Assembly: GCF_001194135.2 (NCBI RefSeq)
Contig: NC_068999.1
Coordinates: 29,871,262 to 29,917,604, forward strand
Length of the DNA stretch: 46,343 nt
Direction of reading: 5' to 3'
Source: Octopus bimaculoides
Lineage: Eukaryota
In this document: piece by piece, positions 46,046 through 46,343 of the stretch
How positions within the stretch are numbered: the stretch's first letter is position 1
Layout of the letters: each line of letters begins with the position of its first letter
Position numbers and translations under genes: made by a program
The notes under the pieces: generated by a model
What the model was told of the DNA's origin: nothing
Databases searched by the model: none
Seen by the model: the letters and a program-made list of their open reading frames with translations, nothing else

Positions 46046-46343
46046 TCATCATCATCATCATCATCATCGTTTAACGTCCGCTTTCCATGCTAGCATGGGC
46101 TGGACGATTTGACTGAGGACTGGTGAAACCGGATGGCAACACCAGGCTCCAGTCTAATTTGGCAGAGTTTCTACAGCTGGATGCCCTTCCTAACGCCAAC
46201 CACTCAGAGAGTGTAGTGGGTGCTTTTACGTGTCACCCGCACGAAAACGGCCACGCTCGAAATGGTGTCTTTTATGTGCCACCTGCACAAGCCAGTCCAG
46301 GGGCACTGGCAACGATCTCGCTCGAAAATCCTACGGGAGCCAG
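46046..46343 (-). mobile_element. RTE LINE 3' end with (CAT)n tail in a TA microsatellite; runs off the window
   Basis: CATCATCGTTTAACGTCCGCTTTCCATGCTAGC..GGATGCCCTTCCTAACGCCAACC. Confidence 0.92.

Overview
Repeat-rich animal genomic DNA with three N-gaps, most likely an octopus (inferred from its RTE-LINE, tRNA-SINE and Helitron families). Two convergent host genes are present. On +, the last two coding exons of mitochondrial Mn superoxide dismutase (SOD2: 3741-4037 and 19929-20080, separated by a 15.9-kb intron). On -, a complete two-exon WD40 gene GNB1L/Asa1 (24614-24317 and 22472-21811, 319 aa). Almost everything else is transposon debris: several RTE LINE subfamilies with (GAT)n tails, a BovB-like RTE, tRNA-derived SINEs, three solo LTRs, maT-like and Tigger/pogo transposase relics, a non-autonomous Helitron, a histone H4 fragment and two decayed Penelope-like elements (RT + GIY-YIG). 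The most striking signal is outside the ORF track: six hammerhead-ribozyme-like motifs from three families, all with a palindromic stem III. Three have a canonical core and lie in ORF-less fold-back elements (28258-32528 and 32712-33390). These elements share the outward-facing inverted-end, TA-flanked architecture of the full Penelope-like element at 38421-42269, suggesting non-autonomous ribozyme-bearing retroelements (retrozyme-like). All alignments were done by eye and no database searches were run.
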